A model generated the notes under the pieces. That model saw only the letters and a list, made by a program, of their open reading frames with translations, was not told the origin of the DNA and did no database searches. Shown here in pieces: positions 49,103 to 63,487 of a DNA stretch of 64,000 bases. Location: positions 75,702,001 to 75,766,000 of the forward strand of contig CM060732.1 of assembly GCA_030704615.1 (NCBI GenBank). Direction: 5' to 3'. The translations under genes were made by a program, and so were the position numbers. Position 1 is the first letter of the stretch. Every line of letters begins with the position of its first letter. Origin of the DNA: Takakia lepidozioides. Lineage: Eukaryota > Plantae > Bryophyta.

Positions 49103-51559
49103 TTGCTTCCCTTCATTCTTTCATTGTCTTAACATCCACTGTTTCGACAAGGTGCCTATTTGTTGAGACTCCTCCCACAGTGCTTCTTCTGAGTTGATGC
49201 AATTTTTTGAGGTCTCTTACTTCTAGTCCCCGTAATGATAAGGTGGCTGCTGAAATTATACAGTTTGCTTTGTTCGTAAACTTTTGTTTGTTGATTTTGA
49301 AGTCTCACATTGTCGGACTTAGGGTGTAGGGGCTTTTGCTCAGTTTCTGCTTGTCACAAATTGGAGGTGAAGTGGTATGGAAGTGCAAATCACATGGCGG
49401 GGAAAATAACTTAATGTAGTAGATGACTGAGTATATGGAACAGTCATTGGTAGAAAGAAGGATAAGGCCAAATGAGTAAGGACGAAGACTCTAGTGTTTA
49501 TGCTAGACCACACCTTCCAAATATGGAATCTTCAACCCACGGGAGCTTGGTTGAGTATGCCCGTTACCTTTCTCAGTGTTTGAAACTTGAATGGGTCGTC
49601 TGGCTTCCAAGTTGCTAATTCCAATGGCTATCAACCAGCATGGGCTTCCCTCAGGTCTGGTCAGGTTGAAAGCCTGTTCAGTAAATGCTGGAGAGATCGG
49701 CCTCACTGCTGGAAGCATAGTTTTGGTAACTGATCGCCTATAGTGTTCAAAAGATCACGCAAAGCCACATTGCTCTTTATTGAGGGCAGTGGATGTGATA
49801 AAGCTACATTGAAGGTAACATTGTCATCAATTGAGATTTGCTGCAGCACAGCTCGGGGAGTAATGACTAATGACTCTGTTTTCCTCCATATCTGTTATAC
49901 TTGCAAGCAAAAATCCTGAGATCTGCAGAGGTGTCCATCAGTAATGAACACCCCTCTTGAAACCCATATGGAGCTGGGGCTCCACCATCCTCCACTGGCT
50001 CAAGACTCAGCAATACAAAGAACCATCACCCCGCAAGGGAGCCACCTTGGCCTCAACCAAGGAAGTCCTCAATTGCAGCCAAGAACAGCACCTCACATGA
50101 GTTACTATGTTTCACAAGACAATTCGAATATGCATTTCATACACTGGTATTATTGACCATGCAACTTTACTTTCTCTTTCTGCACTTGAGTCCCGCCTGT
50201 TCTTTGAGATAAGACTAAGTGATCCTTTGCTCTGCAAATTGAAGTTGAGGTTGTGCGACCAGCAAAGTGACAAAACTCTGGAACTTTTTGATGCAATTCG
50301 GATTTGAGAAGCACACTGATTCTGATGGATTTGTAGGTAGGAGAATTCTACTCTGTTATACCCAGCAATTCAATGGAAACATGTAGGGGGCTGCAGTGTT
50401 CAAATGTGCAGCTACCTCTATTCATTCGATGGAGGGCAATACTTTTGCTTCACCTAGCTTTGATTGTGTATGTTGGACATCATTTGGCAACCCATGTCAT
50501 GAAAATGCTTCACCAGATCTCTAAATTAGAGGGAGGTGAACAGATGAAGTGGGTAGGGTAGTAGCCTTGGGTTGTGATGGATTCAGACTGAGAAAATTCA
50601 TTGGTGTGGATGTTGCAGTGGAGTAGTTTTTGATCTGCTTGCTTGTTTTGCAGTGTAGGAGAATTTGAATATGTGCAGCTTAAAGAGTAGACAAGTGTAG
50701 AAATTGAATAAGATGTGTGGATGTGAGACTTCTTGTATTCTCGAAGAATCCACATCAGTGGAAAAGGCCATTTTCAGTGGTAGCTGTGTAACTGGCTCTG
50801 CAGGGGGCTGTACTTGTTATGAATAACTGGCTTTGCAGGGACAGAGTCTGTAATGAACAAATCAATGGAAGACATCAACTCTATATTGCAGTGATGCCTA
50901 TCGATCATGGCAGAGAAAGTAGATTGGAAGAAGATATGGTGAGAAGGGAAGATGAGAGAAGGACCTTTTAGGAAGGAGAAGGACCTATACAATCGGTACT
51001 TTTGAGAAAAAGAAACCCACTGTAGAGTCATAATTGGTCAGAAAACCCTTACGAACACATCATATTACAGAAAACTGCTACAAAACATTCTAGCACTCCT
51101 GTATATTGGTATTGTGGAAGCAAATTATAAGCACCTCAGCCAAAGAAACAAATGAGTACACCTTCATCCATTTATACCTCACATTGCGTAACCTGCCCTG
51201 TACAAGGTCTAGTTTAGAGGTAAAGGTAGGAGGAGCTTAGAGAGGAAGGTCACCAAGAATAAGTTGACTGCTACTTAACTTTTCCTTCTTGGGCTATGGC
51301 TACTCTTGTTATCTTTCAATTTGTCATCAATAGCCCTGTGACTTGTGACACTGGGATTTATGTGTGTAGCACCCAAGGCCAAATCTTGTGTTATTGCAAG
51401 AAAGCTTGTGCGCCAAAGGGTGACATCATGAATAATGGGTGACATCATAAGAGCCGCCCAATTTCTTCCTACTCATAACACATTTCATAATCTTCTGGGG
51501 CCTGCAGAAGAAAACAGGGATGTGGGAATAACAGATCGTGCACCCATAAACATTCTCAA

Positions 51560-52310
51560 CAGGGATCCACAGGCCGTTGCTGCATATGAGCTGCTCTCGA
51601 ACATTTATGCTGCAGTTGGTAGGTGGAGACAAAGAAAAGGTGAGACAATTGATGGAGGTCACAGGTGTCCAGAGAGAGGTCGGAGGTGGACAACCCGGGT
51701 GCATACATTCTTTGTAGAAGACAAATTGCATCCAAATTGAGGAGTGAGGCATGGGTGTGGTAGTGAGGCCTTGGAGATCTATGAGCAAATGTTGCAGGAA
51801 GAGGTGTCTCCTGACAGGGTCACATTCAATTATGCTCTCACGGCTTGTGAGAATAGGAGCCGTGGAGAAGGGCAAACAGGTCCATACTGGTCTCATCAAA
51901 GCTGGAATTAAATCAGATACCAAACTGGACACTGCCCTTGCTGCCATGTATGCATGCTAATGCGGAAGCATGACAGATGTGCATAAAGTGCTTGACAATA
52001 TGGTCCAACGAAATTCATGGAATGCAATGATCACAGGATATGCTCAGTATGGGTGTGGTAGGCAGGCTTTTGAGACCTAGAGAACATGATAGGGGAAGTG
52101 ATAAGGCCCAATCAGGTCACATTCAATTGCATTCTCAATGCTTGTGCCAGCCTAGGAGCACTGGAGAAGATTCATGCGGACATTGTTAAAGCTGGAATTG
52201 TGCCAAATATCATTCTGGACACTGCCCATGTCGCCATGTATGCCAAATGTGGAAAGTTAAAGACGCATGTAAGTGTTTGACAATATGGCTGAAAGAGATG
52301 TGGTCTCACA
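51560..52310 (+). pseudogene. Scrambled PPR remnant (E/E+ segment followed by PLS repeats)
   Basis: AYELLSNIYAAVGRW..VHTFFVEDKLHP, then HGCGSEALEIYEQM..GKQVH..MYAKCG, with frameshifts and stops. Confidence 0.8.
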
Positions 52311-53024
52311 ACCACATTATAACTGGGAGTTCATAGCAACCCTGTCATATATCACTTGGTCTTAGCTTTCTCTGTATCCTTTTGGCTGCAAGAATGGAAA
52401 TGAAAAGGTAATTCTGAACAGGTTAAAGACAAGAGAAAGCAATGTGTCTAGAGACTCTTGGGCCAAATGCCTACTGCTACGTTGCCAGAGAGTTCAACTG
52501 AGTGGTGTTGTCTCCGAGAGCTGGATTGCCAACATCTCCCTTATGCAACTGCCCCCACCATTGGTTTCAGATACCTACTGACAGAAAGTACAAGTTTAAT
52601 CTGGCATGTGGATCCAGCAGGGAATAGATCCTAAGACACTTTCTGACAAAATAGCACTCGTGCAGCTCAGCAAGGAATAACATGGCCAGCAATGGTACTG
52701 TCCATCTCAATGACGAGATGATGCGCCCAGAGAAAGCCCACTTCCTCCTACTGACCCCATGGCATTACAGATCCAAGGATCCTGGGCTCTAGATTGGAAA
52801 CTCGTCATGCACACTCAACAATAGTGTTGAAAGGAATTCCAGGCACAGGTCGTATATGCTCCTAAGTAGCCCACAACACGTGTAGCTAATGCAAGGGCAT
52901 TTTCAGGACACCTATGGCTTAGCTCCCCAAAGGTAAGGGGAAATTGATCCACGGATAACGTTGCAACATAATGTTCTCCCCAAACAAGCCTTCACCTGTT
53001 AGAATGCATGAAGGCACCTCCTCT

Positions 53025-53945
53025 TCAGTGCTGTGCATCGTAGCTCGACAGGAAAAAACTGCTCTGATTCCTCTGCAAAAACTTGAGGAAGTCTGTCAGC
53101 TTCTGTTGCAATAGAATTGAAGCTTCCTGCTCCATGTTTGTGTAGGACAACAGCTCTGGCAGTTTCACAAACAATCTCAGAAGATGTTCCGCGCCGTATA
53201 TGCCAGAGGGGGGTATTGTGCCGCCCGGGGGCACGGCAAGGGCATACTGAGGGCGCTCCTGAGCATACAGTAGCATAGCTGGCAGAGATTTGTCAAAATA
53301 TGTGCGCAGTCCATTCAAAACCTCACTCAAAGAATCCTCTATGGCACCATCCCGCTTGGTCTTGAATTCCAGGTACTTTTTTAAGATCTCCTCCACAGTG
53401 GGACTCCTGGGAAGCTTGATCATCTTACCCAGCTGAGTGATGAACTCCCAGTCGTCAACGAGCTGCTTCTTCAAAGTTCCAGGCAACACGATCTTGAGCA
53501 CCTGGTCCGGCTCTTCAGCATCTTTGGTCTCAACTAAAGGATCCGATTTCCGTTTCTTGCCTCTAGTAACAGAAGGCTTCACCTCTGGTTTCGCTTCCTC
53601 CCCCTTCTCAGGCAACCCTTTAGGTTTACCTTGTGGTGCACGGCCTTTGGATTGCTTATCCGAACTTTGATGCTTGAAGAGCTTCTTCTGCTTCTCCAAG
53701 TTGGCTTCCGTGAGCTTCATCAGGCGGTCTGGGCCCACCCATTCATCCCAATTCTTCGACCACCCAAGATAGTGCACAAAAAACTTCCACTCCTTCTTCC
53801 GAAATTCTGCTCTCTGAATCTTTGCCTCGTATATGAGAGGGCCATGGTATGCAAGCACCTTCTCCCCCTCCCTGAACTGACCACTCTCCTTGTCATCTCC
53901 TCCTTCCTCTGCCTCCTCCTTCACTCCCGCACCTGCACTACCCAT
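53025..53945 (-). CDS. MRG1: MRG-family chromo-barrel protein (MRG1/2, Eaf3/MRG15 homolog); intronless
   Basis: VLAYHGPLIYEAK..FVHYLGWSKNWDEWV; MRG domain LKKQLVDDWE..YFDKSLPAMLLY..YGAEHLLRLFVKLP. Confidence 0.93.
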   Translation of the reverse strand: MGSAGAGVKEEAEEGGDDKESGQFREGEKVLAYHGPLIYEAKIQRAEFRKKEWKFFVHYLGWSKNWDEWVGPDRLMKLTEANLEKQKKLFKHQSSDKQSKGRAPQGKPKGLPEKGEEAKPEVKPSVTRGKKRKSDPLVETKDAEEPDQVLKIVLPGTLKKQLVDDWEFITQLGKMIKLPRSPTVEEILKKYLEFKTKRDGAIEDSLSEVLNGLRTYFDKSLPAMLLYAQERPQYALAVPPGGTIPPSGIYGAEHLLRLFVKLPELLSYTNMEQEASILLQQKLTDFLKFLQRNQSSFFLSSYDAQH

Positions 53946-54306
53946 CTCTCTTCTCCCAATCGCTCCCCCTTCCTGCCAATCTCTTCTCTCTCTCTTGCAA
54001 TCTTACCAACAATCAGCAATCCCTAAGCAACCCAATTAACTTACCCGCTGCTTACCTTCCACTAACCCTAGTCATTAACAGAATTGGCGGGCAGATCAGG
54101 GTGAGGGTGAATGAGTCACCCGCCTAACATAGGGTTTGTTGGTTTGTCTAACGGTTTTGTATGTGGGGTCGGATGAGGAGCATCGGGGTGAGACAGTCCG
54201 GCGTAGATTGCAGTGGAGTCGAGACAAAGATTCGAAAATGGGTGTCAAATCCTTTGTTCACAAACCGAACTGCTGCCTGAGCCATTACCTCTGCGGATCG
54301 AGGGCT

Positions 54307-55233
54307 ATGGCGGGAATGACATTCCACCTACACGTATGCTTGGGAAGCCCTAGAAGGCTCTCACTGCGGGCTCTCAGTTCTGATGCAGCAGACCTGTCGG
54401 CAGAGATTTCCCGGCAATGCAGGGGCGCTATGCGATTTCGACCTTGCATTGACATTCACAAGGGCAAAGTGAAACAAATTGTGGGATCCACCTTGCGAGA
54501 CTTGCCAGAGGAAGGGATGTCAGGAACTGCTGCCCCTCTTATTACGAACTTTGAATCTCAAAAATCAGCTGCAGAGTTTGCTGACATGTATAAAGAGGAT
54601 GGCTTAGAAGGGGGTCATGTCATCATGCTTGGGGCAGACCATGCTAGTCACGCTGCTGCTCTGGAAGCTTTGGCAGCCTATCCTGGTGGGCTCCAAGTTG
54701 GGGGAGGTGTAAATGCTGAGAATGCAGGGCCATATCTGGATGCAGGAGCTAGCCATGTCATAGTCACCTCTTACGTGTTCAGGGATGGGAAACTGGACAC
54801 AGAAAGGCTGCAGCAGCTGGTGCACACAATAGGGAAACAGAGGCTGGTCTTGGACCTCAGCTGCCGGAAAAAGGATGGGCTTTACATGGTTGTGACAGAC
54901 CGCTGGCAGCGCTTCAGTGATCTGATACTGAGTGAAGCCAACCTAGCCTGGCTTGCAGCTTCTGCTGATGAGTTCCTAGTACATGGTGTTGATGTTGAAG
55001 GAAAGAGGCTGGGAATTGATGATGATCTTGTCAGTTTGCTTGGAAAATGGTCGCCAATTCCAGTTACGTATGCTGGTGGAGCAACTACATTGACCGATCT
55101 GGAGCGCATCAAGGTTGCTGGGGCTGGAACTGTGGATGTCACAATAGGAAGTGCTCTTGATATCTTCGGTGGTGATTTGCCATACAGGGAAGTTGTGGCT
55201 TGGCATAAATTGCAGCTGGCAGCATCTCACTAA
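54307..55233 (+). CDS. HISN3: ProFAR isomerase (eukaryotic HisA/His6 type), plastid-targeted; intronless
   Basis: [65 protein letters not shown]; transit-like leader; start at 54307 or 54238. Confidence 0.93.
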   Translation: MAGMTFHLHVCLGSPRRLSLRALSSDAADLSAEISRQCRGAMRFRPCIDIHKGKVKQIVGSTLRDLPEEGMSGTAAPLITNFESQKSAAEFADMYKEDGLEGGHVIMLGADHASHAAALEALAAYPGGLQVGGGVNAENAGPYLDAGASHVIVTSYVFRDGKLDTERLQQLVHTIGKQRLVLDLSCRKKDGLYMVVTDRWQRFSDLILSEANLAWLAASADEFLVHGVDVEGKRLGIDDDLVSLLGKWSPIPVTYAGGATTLTDLERIKVAGAGTVDVTIGSALDIFGGDLPYREVVAWHKLQLAASH

Positions 55234-55639
55234 CTTGAGAACCAAAGAACCCAGGTTCCATCATGGCTAATGTGCAAGCTTCATATCTCTCTGATCGAGA
55301 CCCAAACATAGAGATGAGACAAACAGAGGGAGGAAGTGTGAGAGAGAATTTATGTTCTAGTGTAATGCTCTCCCTTTAAGACACTATTCTCTGTGGCTGC
55401 AATAGGTAGCCCACAGGTAGTGCATCCGTCCTATAAAACCGAGCTTTACTCTAGTCATGACATTTTCGACTCGCAAAAAAACCCGCACCTCTCGCCGGGC
55501 GGATAAGGATGCAACTTCATGCATATTTGGGATAATGGGGCCTTGCTTGCTTCCTGCTTCGCTAGCTGCTTCTGCTATTTCTTCCCACAGGGCTTTGGCT
55601 GGATGGAATTTTGGTGACCCAAGACCTCCCCAGCTCCTG

Positions 55640-57130
55640 CATTTCCCTCTCTTCCTTCCCTTCTAATCAGAGATCCCTACCAGCTTGGCTTGGATTTCAT
55701 TCCTCAAGCTCCTGGGGGGCTTTCTGGGCTTTTCATTGCCCGGGTTCTTGAAGGTTGGAAGTTTATCTGTTCACCTGCTGGTGTCCTCCCCTTCTCTGGC
55801 TTCCTTGCAGGAGGATTCTTTGTTTGCTATCCGGGTTATATGCATGGCTTCAGGCTCTCTGAACCCTAAGCTGGCCAACGGCGGTCATGACAACCCGTAC
55901 CTTTTCTGGTTTCTGTCTGCTCCCTTGTCCTTGCTACAGTTTGACCCTGGTGAAGTGTTAAACTTGGATACTCGCTCTTGAATCCTGTGTCCTCCTTGGA
56001 TCGTAAGTGGACTGCGAAGTGGGCCCATTTACCTGGTTGCCTTGCCCATCAGCCTGGAAGCTCATTTGGAGACATGTTTGGCGTAAAGACAGAGCTGCTC
56101 GTGTTTCTGGTTTCCTTTGGAAATTGGTTAATTGTATCCTTTCTGTTCGGACCTATTTTCCTGACTACCCTCAGAATTATTCTTTGTGCTTCTGGCAGGT
56201 CCCTAAGTCCTTAGAGCACTGTCTCTTGTTCTGCCCCGTGGCCAGGGGTGCCTGGAGCAGAGCTTTGGCCTATTATTCGTTTGGAAGCCACTCCCCTCTG
56301 ATTTCACTTCTGTTGTGCTTTTGAATTTCTCTGTGGTCTTCTTGCCCAGTGTGGGCAGCTCTAAGGGCCCATACTTTGTGGAATATTTGGAAGGCTAGAT
56401 GTGGGAATGTTTTTGATGGTAAACCGAGCTGTGTGAGGTCAATCCTGTTTAAGGCTCACTCGGACTTGATGTCTGAGGCCCGAAAGGCATGGCAGGTTTT
56501 GGGGGAAGCTTCTGGCAGGTGCGGACAGAGATGCAAAACACAGCTCTTCGCAGAACGATAGCTCCTGGGGAAGAGGTGGTCGTATCTGCACCAGACACTT
56601 GGATTCAGGTCTTAGTCCACTCACAAACCAAGTCTTCTGTAATCCTGGTGCTGGTACAGCAGCCAGCTTTTTCATCATCAGCACATACTGAATGTGGCTT
56701 TCTACTGCAGGTTTTGGTCCATTTGCCGCTGTGGTGTCGGCCTTTCTGTATCTGAAACTAAGGTAATATGGAAGGACGACATCCCGCCAAGCTGGCAGCT
56801 CTCGTAGTTCTAAGCGTTCTCCCCTTCTGGGTGACGAGTCCGAGGTTAATTGGAAGCACCGCAGGTGTATTAGGAAGGGTAGATCTCGGGTGCAGCTCTC
56901 CTTCGGTAGTCTTGGAGCTAATTAGTGCAGCTCAGGCAGTTCCTGTAGGATCTATTCTGCTATGATCCTCGTTTTCTTTTCTCTTGCTCTGGACACGAAG
57001 CAGCGACTTCCGATATCAGCCTCTCTATGGCAGCCCTCTGGAGGTTATTTTTTCCTCTTGTACCGGGCCTGGCAGTGTTTTTTTAATATGATTTACAGGG
57101 CCTCTGTCCCCTTTTCTTAAGGGAAAAAAA
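55640..57130 (+). mobile_element. Degenerate L1-like LINE 3' region (zf-RVT) with family 3' tail
   Basis: AWKLIWR..FLWKLV..CFWQVPKSLEHCLLFCPVARGAW / WNIWKARCGNVF; tail TTTTAATATGATTTACAGGGCCTCTGTCCCC. Confidence 0.7.
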
Positions 57131-58333
57131 CCCCCTTTACCCGTGGGTAAAGTCTGAAGAGGAAGAAGAGAACTAACTCGACATATCCCTGTTCCGTTCA
57201 CCATCCAAAACAGCAAGGCATTGCAAGATATCACAGCCATGGAAGGAAGAAATATGAGAAAGCCTTAAGAACTTTACTTGTTGAGAGTGAATCTAAATCT
57301 GAAGCTTCAACACTGCCGAAGTTCAAAACGCATGATTCAAATTAGTGCAAGGTCTCCTGATAGATTTCTGAAGTACATCTCTTGAAGTTCTTCCAAGGGA
57401 TGGTGGTATCTTCGAGCTTTGTCGCTCTTCGAGCTGAGTGTCCTACTAATAGAAACGTGATTGATGAAGGTGCTGATGGACAACAGATGGTCCACTACAG
57501 TACACACTTTTGCAATTTATCCCATTACCTTGCTGGTGCACTGTAGAGCTTGACATCATTTGCTAGGGAGCTGACTAGAAGAGTCGGACTGCCATGCAAC
57601 CACCGCTCTGGACAAACTAGCCATCTATTTGTTCCTCCATTGTGGTAGAATTTCTCTTCAGAGGATATGCTGGATGTTTCTGACTCGCACGTCCACGCAC
57701 ACACCCTGGGGTCCAGCTACAACTAAACTTCACTCTTCCACAATTGCAGATTCCTCTTTAATAGATATGTATGCTACCCGCATCCAACTTCCAGCGTGTT
57801 GAGGATGATAAACTGGGACGCTATATTACCTTCCCTGGCATAATGAGGGCTGACTCTTGGACTCCATAGTGGTTTCCTCAAAATCTTTGAAAACATCTGC
57901 CCAAAATACTGTAGCTTACATCCATTACTGTGTTAATGTAAAGTGATTAAGGCATTTACAGTGACTTGAAAGGTCTTTGAAAGGCTGCATGACACAGCCT
58001 ATGAAACTAGAGGATCTGATTCCAAACCCCAAACTGTGGAGAGCTTGCTCTGGGGACAAAACAAGTCAGTGCTAATGGCTTCAAGAGACGACCTTGCTGT
58101 CTTCGGACAAAGCCATATACTGTGAGTGGGTGTTTGAGGTCCAGCCCAACCATTCAGCAAAGCTAAGAACTACTTCAGGCTTGTTGTGATCTTCTGTTTC
58201 TGTCACAATTCCTAGAAATGAAAAGGGTACAATGAAATAAAGCATACTAGAGCTTTGAATCAAAAAGGAGGATAACACAGGAATCACATTTTCCAGTACA
58301 AACACTCATAAAATACAAAAAAATGGAAGTGTT

Positions 58334-60082
58334 CTAAGACCACCATGGGCTCTCTCCTGTCCTGAAGTCGGTCTCTGGCCATGGTGAAAACACCACCTTG
58401 TCATCCACCACATCCACATGAGCCAAAGCCAATGACTGCAGCAACACACCACAGAATATCCCTTTAAACATGCACAATCCTGCCCCCAAAAGAGTGATAT
58501 CCAGATTATACAACATGTTGTCAGCATTTCATTGTGGTGATGACAGCACAATCATGTGGATTCTTGTGCCAGCATGCAGTAGAAAGTGGTTGACACGGAT
58601 TTCATTACAACACCTATGTAAGGCCTTCTCTATATGCTTTCTTCCAAAAGCACAGTTGGTAGCAGAGCCCAGCCATGCACAGTTCACACAAGATTCAGAC
58701 TACCAGGCTTTGCAATCTCATCTGTTGTACCCAACTCAGCAAACACAGATATCACTTTCTTGCCTAGAGGACAATAAACTTTTACAAAAAATCATATATA
58801 ACCTCATGACACTACGTGATTCAGTTAGCACAGAATAACATGTAATGTAACTATGCAATTCAAAGAAGACATAAGCACTGCAGTGTGGTGAAAGGGGTGC
58901 GAGTGTACCAAGGGGGCAGGGCCTCTGACAACACGGCCCTGGTTATTGTACTGAGAGCCGTGGCAGGGGCAGAGGAACTTGTTCTCGGCTGTGTTGAAGG
59001 GCACCACACAACCCAAATGTGTGCAGACGGCATTGATGCCATAAGTTGCAAGTGTTAGATCATTCTCCACGACCAGATACGTTGGGTCGCCCTGCACATC
59101 CACCCATCCACAAGATTACGTCCCTGGAAAAACTCATTCCAAAGGGGATCCTATGACAACCTCCACTAGCAGGAATTTTGGCCTCACTGAAACCTGTTGC
59201 ATTGTCACTGACGTGGGACATAGGAAATCTCCTAGAACAAATTGAGTGCATGCAGCCAAATATCAACATGCCTCAAAGACAACTACTCCTGCATTTGCCA
59301 TAATGCTGAGCTCACTATGGAAGCTAACCTTCAGACCCTGGGCCAGAGTTCGGTCACCGGCAGGATGGGTCTTGAGCCAGCCTGAGGAGGTGACGTCGTT
59401 GCCCAAGGCATCCTTCGCCACCACACCAGAACCAGAACCTCCAGAACTGCACCATCACCCACTTCTCAGCCCTAGCATGGCCTCTATCCCTGAAAAATAA
59501 CTAAGACCAGGCACACATGCCAGACTGCGCCATATTCAAGTGCCATATTCAAATTTCTACAGGACTTAGAAAAGGTAATAGCACTGCAAAAAACTGAGTT
59601 GACCGCGCATGAATACCTCAAGCATCCATCTTACTGCGCAAACAAGCCCATACCTGGGAGGAACGAAGAAGTATATATAGGGACCAGCGAGCCCGATTGT
59701 AGGAAGGCCTATTGCGCCCAGCAATAACAAGTTCATCAGATTGCGCTTGCCCATATCAGGCACACGCTCTGATGCTGCGGCTGCCTGACATACTGTCTTT
59801 ACCAGCTGCTCTTTCCTCAGTGCATGCCCCTTCAGTGGAGAAAATGCCAAAGCTTGAGATGCTCCGAGCAATCCATTCTTTCCCGAAGCAATCTGCCACC
59901 CATCCATCACCCCTCCTTACCATATCGCCACAATAAAAATCACCCAACATCTCAAACAAAACTTACCCCGTGCGCAGTTGTAATTCGTTTGCCCTTCTAT
60001 CCGAAATCAAGTAGAGTACCTTGGCATGGAGTGAAACCACGGAGGTGGCAGCTCCGGCCGCAATGCTCGACACTGCTGCCAT
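58334..60082 (-). CDS. petC: Cytochrome b6f Rieske iron-sulfur protein precursor
   Basis: Five exons: MAAVSS.. transit peptide, [71 protein letters not shown]. Confidence 0.96.
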
Positions 60083-62185
60083 GCTACCAGACTCTTGTTG
60101 ACCCTGCGACCACTCCAACACGTTGCAGACTTCAACGCTAAAGGCTGCACAAACAAGCCAAGCGATGAAGGAGAAGAACAGGGACCACAGAGATGAGAAG
60201 GCTACATATCTACATATCCAGAGATCCAAGGCCTGCCATTGGATGAGCTTTCTGGGTACCAAAATCCTTTTGAATAATAGTAATAATAACAGTAACTCTT
60301 GGTGGCATGATGCCAGCCATTCACAGGCTCCTCACATCCTTCCATCACCATCTTCATTTCAGTGAGGGAAGCATCCGGGGAGCTCATACAACTAAATCAC
60401 TTGATTTAACGTTGACCATCAATCAGTAGCCTGTCCACTAATTGACCGCCACAGAAGAATCAAGGAAAGCCTTATTCAATTTTCAGTTGGTTTATTCAGA
60501 AAGTCAAGCTTGTTCTCATCATTGTATCAAGGGGATTGTAGAAATCATGACAGAGATTTTATCCATGTGTTTATCACTCTGTTTGTTGACAGATGCAAGG
60601 GGCATACAATGCAGTTCTCAGTATTCAGATATTGAAGATAAAAAGAGTACTTTGCAATGAAGCAGAAGTTGGTGTCTAGTATCAACTTCAGTGTTATGAA
60701 GAATCCAGGCCCTAGCCAAAGGAGGAATACACAACTGCGTAGTTAGATGGGGCTGCTGCTGATTTGCTATTTCACTAGTGGAACTCCAACAGTCCAGTGA
60801 TTTGAGTTAGTGCAATGAACAAAACAAACTACCTTGGCAGTGGCACACCTTCCACTGACTGTCAGCTTTTGCACAGTAAGCAACCAATGAGATGCACTTC
60901 ATAATGTTTGCCACACAACAAGCATGGAGCAAAGTACCTTTACCACAGAGCACCTGAGATGGTTTGCTTCCACATACTAGATACACACTACTCCAGACCC
61001 TGTGGCACTGCAAACACATTATACTCACCTACCTTTTATTACACTGCACATCTTCAGACGTGGTGGGAAGGCCACTCTAAACCCTGTAGCTTGGTGCTTC
61101 AAAAACCAGATGAAAATCTCACTGAAACATATCACAACTGCTTTGCCATGACTATGAAAGCAAGGAAGCCAGCAAACCTGAGTGTAACTAAAATTTGGTC
61201 CCTGCACATTGACAGTGAGATGGGGCCAACCCTATTGTTTGGTTAAATCAATATTGAGCCATGTGCCCACTGTGTTGGTTACAAAAAAATGCCGCCAAAC
61301 CTCAGCTTATAGAGGCCCAGCTTCCTGTTATATAGAGCCATTGCCTGTATATTCCACCCAATGAATTGGATGCAAAACAGTTCCAGGGCTCCAGCAAATC
61401 TCTAGTTCGGATAGATGGAGTGTGGCAGAGGCTCTGTTACCGTATATGCCTAGACCTCCTTTAGCATGAGCTAGACATGAATAATGGGCGGTATCTAGTT
61501 TCCACCCCACAATCAGTGGTGACAGTTGCTTTTGGTTGACGAAGTACTCCCACCACCAGTTGGGTAACCCAACATCCTCCTTACAGTGGCAATTCCAAGG
61601 CTCTTCTTGGAAAGCACTTGCAAGGAAGCCCATCACAAGTCCAGTTTCCAGATCTGTGTACCAACACTGGTGATTGTTGTTCATACCTTCACAGAGAAGG
61701 GGCCCCCTTCACACATTAATTCAACCTTTTTGCTCATTCCAATGGTCACTCGGGTCTCCCACTCTTCTGATTCTTACCATCCACCAAGACTTAATCGGTT
61801 CAAGTCTGCCCACAAGGAATGATGTTTAGGAACAATAAAGGGCCGACAACCCAAGCAGTCGAGTCCCAAGGAGATTCTTTCCGTGCCCTCATCACTGTTG
61901 CCGCATTCATAAAGGGATCAGCCTCCCAATCCATGAGAAGAACAACTTGTGAAGATGTGTTACCAGTAGTTCCTGGGCAATGATCTCCTACTGGTCTGGT
62001 CAGCCTTGCACTTGTACCTCGTGGCACTTCAAATGGCTTGATGAAAGCATCAGGCTATTAACGCCGTGAAGTAAGTTCAGCTCTGCTGTAAATACGAGCT
62101 TCGTTACAAAGCCTGCTGGCCACTTTGCCCACATTAAAACCGTCAGTGCCCAACCCATATCATGGTAACCTGACTGAATGCCAAT

Positions 62186-63487
62186 TCAAGTACCATTTGC
62201 CATGGATGCCAAACAAGACATGTGAAAATCACCATGCTTGCCATTGTTTTCCAAAATGTCGGCAACAGCTGCATGAGGAAGAGGTTCACTGGCTTTGAAA
62301 GACAGGGTCTTCTGCACATAATAAAGCATATAGCCCTGTGAGGCTCGAACTATATCTTCACTCACACGTGTCACCCATGCGTCGTCGCACTTATACCACT
62401 GCCCACTCAACCGTAGGAAACAGACATAATGCCCCGAATCTAGCTTTCCCGAATGAGTGACTACTGCAAAAAGCTCAAACTCCGAAGAAGGGCTCTGCAT
62501 GGGTATTGTGGGCCCAGCATCCTCGCTGTCTGGAAAAAGCATCCTGTTTCCATGTCTTAACCTAACAATTGAAGAAGAAATGTAAGGAAGCATATCTAAA
62601 ACAAAGGGGAATTGAACATAGCGATCTACTTTTCGGGAGGTGTGACGGGTGGATGAATGCTCAAAGCGCTTGATATGGAAGCATAGAACTAATGGCAATT
62701 TACGCACTGACATCTGTTTAATAGATTCCTGCCTAGTCTGACACCTTTGGCAGTAAAACTTTTCATTGGCGCCCAACCGCTCGGGTCGAGTGAACCGATC
62801 CAAGCACCCAAGCAGAGTGGAAGTTCCCAAGGCACTTGACGCTGCTCTTGATGACCGTCCTCCCCCTTCCCCGTAGCTCACTGGATCCACAAAACTCTTC
62901 TCTACACCAATGTCAGGCTCCAAATCAAGGGAGATGTCAACACATGGGTCATATGTCGTTGAGGTGAAGCCACACACTGTGCACGTTACATCAGAGCGCA
63001 AAAGCCCCGAGAAAACACGATGCACTATGCAACGGCAATCGACATCTCCGGCTCTGCAAAAAAACTGGGTTAGTACTGACATCAAATGAGGTCACAAGGA
63101 ACATGGGTTTCCTAACTCTTTGGTTTTATGCTGTTAGGGAGCAACTTGCCCCAATGATCACAGAAACTGGCGCTAAATACTCTGATGGTTGTGAGTTCAA
63201 TAAGTTTTCTGGAGAACGCTCATCCTGCTTAGAGTTTAAAAGGCGACAAATCGACTATCTCATCCAGTCTTACATCCATCACTCCATGGAATCAGACATG
63301 CATCTCACCACTCCACAACATAGAGAACTGGTTCTGCTATGGTCATACCTGCCACCCTGAGAATGTCTGGCACGGGGAGAGGTGGTGCCAGAGTTGGCAT
63401 GAATGCCATCAACCGTAGATATGAAGAATTCATGCGCATCTTGCTGCTCATACCCTGCTAGGTTAGCAGCATGTCGCCACCAACTGC
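62186..63487 (-). CDS. UBP22: Ubiquitin-specific protease UBP22-like (SAGA DUB), 3' exons; 5' part beyond the window
   Basis: LAGYEQQDAHEFF, CIVHRVFSGLLRSDVTC, LPLVLCFHIKRFEH, His box HSGKLDSGHY, WYKCDDAWV. Confidence 0.9.
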
